DNA of 21,878 nucleotides from Pseudomonadota bacterium (GTDB lineage Bacteria; Bdellovibrionota; FAC87; UBA2466): NCBI GenBank assembly GCA_043767805.1, contig JAYUGC010000169.1, positions 1 to 21,878 of the forward strand, read 5' to 3'. Shown piece by piece: positions 19,090 to 21,878 of this stretch (position 1 is its first letter; each line of letters starts with the position of its first letter). The notes under the pieces were generated by a model. It saw only the letters and a program-made list of their open reading frames with translations, ran no database searches and was not told where the DNA came from. The position numbers and the translations under genes were made by a program.

Positions 19090-20393
19090 TTGCCCTCCCT
19101 CTTCAAGCCGTCCCACTGGAGCTCGAGGATCTTGGCGAGGGCTGACCTATGAAAGCCCCGGAGGGTTCCCTTCACGATCATGGCCGGACCGTCGCTCACG
19201 GGCGTGATCCATTTGAAATCGGCGTCCACCATGTCGGGATGGCGGAGATAAGCGCGTAAGCAATAGTTCACTTTGAGATCGACGCCCGCCTTGTTCTTGA
19301 AACGGTTCTCGTGGCACTGCGCATCGGTCAAAAGCGAATGCTCTTCGTCGCTGAGGCTCAGGATGAAATCGCTCGTCGCCTCGAAGAAGTCGTTGTAACG
19401 ATGACTGAGCAGCGTCGCGAACTGAAGCGGATTGAGCGTGCCCGGAGAGTAAACTTCGTAACGAAATTCCAGAGTGCCGGTGGTGAGCGAGCTCGCCAAA
19501 TACGACGAGAACGGTAAGTAACACACCTGACGGTAGCCGGAATAAGCCTGTTTGCGCTCGGTGGCGTCGTCGCCCCAGCATTTTAAGTAAGCCGGCGGCT
19601 TGGGCACTCGCCAGCCTTCGAAAGAAGTCGTTTCCTTGCCGGCCTCCATGAGATCTTCGGTCAGCTGATCCTGAACGCCCATCAGCTGGCGCGTGATCTC
19701 AGGCTGCCAATCCACCGGTTTACTGCTCGCGAGATGGCGGGTCGCCACGCCAAGGAGCTCGACCGCGTAAAAGGCGGGCACGGCGAAAGAGACGTTCTGG
19801 GAATCGTTCAGCATCGACACGTTGATGCCGACGACTTTTCCGGCCGGAGACACCGTGGGCCCGCCGCTCATGCCGGAGTTCAAGGGGGAGGAAAGATGCA
19901 GCTCTTCGTAAAGCCCGTGTTGGATGGACTCGTTGTAGGTCGCTTCGATGATGGAAAGATTTAAATCCTGAGGCAGACCGAGCGAGAAGAGGCGTGAGCC
20001 TTGCGGCGGCGACTTCTCGTCGAACTCGAACTTCTGCGTGAACGTCATCGGGACCTGGATGACGGCGAGATCGTGAACCACGTCGAGAGCAAGGAGCTTC
20101 GCTTCGATGGAAGTCTCTTCCGTCTCCAAAAAGATTTTGTACTTCTGCGGGTACTGCACGACGTCGGAGACGACGTGGTAGTTGGTCATGAGCCGGCCGT
20201 TCGTTCCCACCACGAACGCAGAACCGTAAGAACGCTTCGGCGCGTCCGCGCGGACCGCGGTCTTTAACTGATAGACGAGGCCTTTGACCTTGCTGAAGAC
20301 TTCATCCGCGGTGGCGCGAGGCGCTTTGGGAGGGGCAGCGGTCGGCGCGCCCGCAAAAGATAAAACCGCAAATAGGAGAAAAAGCCGAGACAT
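19086..20393 (-). CDS. Secreted trypsin-like serine protease (HtrA-like catalytic domain, Cys-containing C-terminal domain, no PDZ recognised)
   Basis: Signal peptide, GSAFVV...MTNYHVV (His), DVVHDLAVI (Asp) and LNSGMSGGP (Ser). Purine-rich SD-like tract upstream. Confidence 0.92.
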   Translation of the reverse strand: MSRLFLLFAVLSFAGAPTAAPPKAPRATADEVFSKVKGLVYQLKTAVRADAPKRSYGSAFVVGTNGRLMTNYHVVSDVVQYPQKYKIFLETEETSIEAKLLALDVVHDLAVIQVPMTFTQKFEFDEKSPPQGSRLFSLGLPQDLNLSIIEATYNESIQHGLYEELHLSSPLNSGMSGGPTVSPAGKVVGINVSMLNDSQNVSFAVPAFYAVELLGVATRHLASSKPVDWQPEITRQLMGVQDQLTEDLMEAGKETTSFEGWRVPKPPAYLKCWGDDATERKQAYSGYRQVCYLPFSSYLASSLTTGTLEFRYEVYSPGTLNPLQFATLLSHRYNDFFEATSDFILSLSDEEHSLLTDAQCHENRFKNKAGVDLKVNYCLRAYLRHPDMVDADFKWITPVSDGPAMIVKGTLRGFHRSALAKILELQWDGLKREGK

Positions 20394-20440
20394 CTCCCCT
20401 TCTTATCGGCAATTAGCGGCGAGAAACGCCGTGCAGCGCG

Positions 20441-21598
20441 TTAGTGGCCCAAAAAGGGATCGAGGCTTGCCTTCTCTTCGAGGCGGAAATAGTTCGTAAG
20501 ATATTCTTTATACAGCGGGTTTACCGTACCGGACTTCGGCCCCTTGGCGAAAAGGCGATCGAAGCTGCGCGAAAGAATGACGTAATCGCGCCGCCGCTCC
20601 CCTTGCCGCTTAAAGCAAGGAAAGTAGCAAACCGGCAGATAACCGGCCTTCAACAAGCAATCGATGCCGCGTGAATCGCCCGCGTCGTTGATCATCTCGA
20701 TGTAGGTGATGTTGTGCTGATTCAGCAAAAGCGACGCCGCCTGATAGAGCTCCGTGGGATCGACCGGATGATCGAGCCGCTCGCCGATGATGGCCGCGAA
20801 GCGCATCTCGGGGATCACTTTCACGAAAATCTCGACCTTTTGCCGGAGACCCGTGATGAGCGCGTTGGGCTCCTGAAACGGATAGAAATGAACGGCGATG
20901 GATTTCTTCTCACGGAGCGACTCGAAGCGATCGGCAACGAAGCGCGAGGCGAAGATGATCTCCAGCGGCGGCACCGGTACGGTCTCGTACGCCGTCTCCT
21001 GGTCCGGCTCAAAGGGGGCCAAGGGCTCGAGCCCCGTCTGCTTACGGACCGTTTCGTAAAACGGCTGCAAAACGGGATGCAACTTGAAAGTGGCGAACCG
21101 GCGCTCCTTCAGAAGCCCGTCGAAGAAATACGCCGACATGCCGTTTACGCGAAACTGATCGGCTCCCATGGCGTTCGGGAAAATACCGAGGAGCTTGAAA
21201 CCCATCTGGAGCGTAAGTTCCTGCTGCTCGAGCGTAAGATAGCGCGTGGTGGTGTAGAGAACTTCCACCTGCCCGCGCAGGTACTCGATGAGAAGCGGTA
21301 GCGCTTCCCTCAGAAGATGCACGGAATCTTCCCAATCGGGATGGAGCACGACGCGGTTCATTTTGCCAAGCCGGTTGTCCGGATCGAGCATGAGCGAGAA
21401 CGCGGCGAGAAGCTCTCCGTCTTTATCGGCCACGAGCCATTTGGCGAGCGGCGATTCGATCTCTTTCACCAAGGCGCGGTAGTTGAGCAGCACCGGATCC
21501 GAAGGCGTGCCATTGCACGAGATTTGATACAGGTTCATCAACGGAAACGCGTCCTCGGGCTGGGCGCGCCGGTAATTGATGCCACCCTTTAGAGGCAC
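20441..21598 (-). CDS. Tandem GNAT-fold protein, paralogue of 16770..18035, degenerate acetyl-CoA loop
   Basis: INYRRAQPEDAFPLMNLY, RLGK, GFKLLGIFPNA, FYPFQEPN and YLPVCYFP...RDYVILSRSF align along the whole length with the 16770 protein. GTG start overlaps the end of the MFS gene. Confidence 0.82.
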   Translation of the reverse strand: MPLKGGINYRRAQPEDAFPLMNLYQISCNGTPSDPVLLNYRALVKEIESPLAKWLVADKDGELLAAFSLMLDPDNRLGKMNRVVLHPDWEDSVHLLREALPLLIEYLRGQVEVLYTTTRYLTLEQQELTLQMGFKLLGIFPNAMGADQFRVNGMSAYFFDGLLKERRFATFKLHPVLQPFYETVRKQTGLEPLAPFEPDQETAYETVPVPPLEIIFASRFVADRFESLREKKSIAVHFYPFQEPNALITGLRQKVEIFVKVIPEMRFAAIIGERLDHPVDPTELYQAASLLLNQHNITYIEMINDAGDSRGIDCLLKAGYLPVCYFPCFKRQGERRRDYVILSRSFDRLFAKGPKSGTVNPLYKEYLTNYFRLEEKASLDPFLGH

Positions 21599-21878
21599 GG
21601 AGCCACCTTCACCGGGGCGGGCTCTTCACTGGCTAGGCTCAGGAAATAGAGCGCCAGCGTGCAAACGCCCACGCCTTGGATGAGACACACCGTCGGCGGG
21701 CTCACGTAATCGGTGAGCGCGCCAAAAAGAAAATAGGCGATGGGAAACGTGAAGCTCACGGTCGCCTGCAGAAGCGCGAAGAACCGGCCCTTCCACTCGG
21801 GCGCGACCACTTCCTGAAAGAACGCGATGAACTTCACGTTGTTCACGCCGAGCGCGGCACCGGCAATGAAAAGAGCCG
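21589..21878 (-). CDS. MFS transporter, C-terminal part (5'-partial)
   Basis: Frame is open to the window edge: ALFIAGAALGVNNVKFIAFFQEVVAPEWKGRFFALLQATVSFTFPIAYFLFGALTD. The Q-x-x-V-x-x-E-x-x-G-R-x-F loop is typical of the last helices of MefA/DHA3-like MFS exporters. Confidence 0.8.
   Translation of the reverse strand, partial: ALFIAGAALGVNNVKFIAFFQEVVAPEWKGRFFALLQATVSFTFPIAYFLFGALTDYVSPPTVCLIQGVGVCTLALYFLSLASEEPAPVKVAPCL

Overview
Gene-dense, GC-rich (roughly 60% by eye) bacterial chromosomal window with no rRNA, tRNA, CRISPR array or transposase that I can see. The many exported orphans and proteases and the sigma54-type promoters would fit a Bdellovibrionota/deltaproteobacteria-like organism, but that is inference only. 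Left part: a partial MetE-core-like (cobalamin-independent methionine synthase fold) gene missing from the ORF track and ATGA-coupled behind a complete metH, a secreted HEXXH protein, an MscS channel coupled to a ThiL homologue that has lost most ATP/Mg-binding motifs, two small exported orphans and a putative Na+/H+ antiporter. Middle: a papain-like protease with terminator, a V8/trypsin-like protease, the lemA-TPM-TPM operon and a 427-aa exported orphan. Right part: an unannotated 49-aa secreted prepropeptide with four (K/R)TPVNEG repeats behind a strong sigma54 promoter, a 149-aa exported orphan, two full-length paralogous tandem-GNAT proteins (one lacking the acetyl-CoA loop), a perfect 32-bp inverted repeat, an S1 protease/FHA membrane protein pair and a partial MFS transporter. 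Best novelty candidates: the multi-core secreted peptide, the ThiL pseudo-enzyme/MscS pair, the metH/MetE-core coupling and the GNAT paralogue pair.
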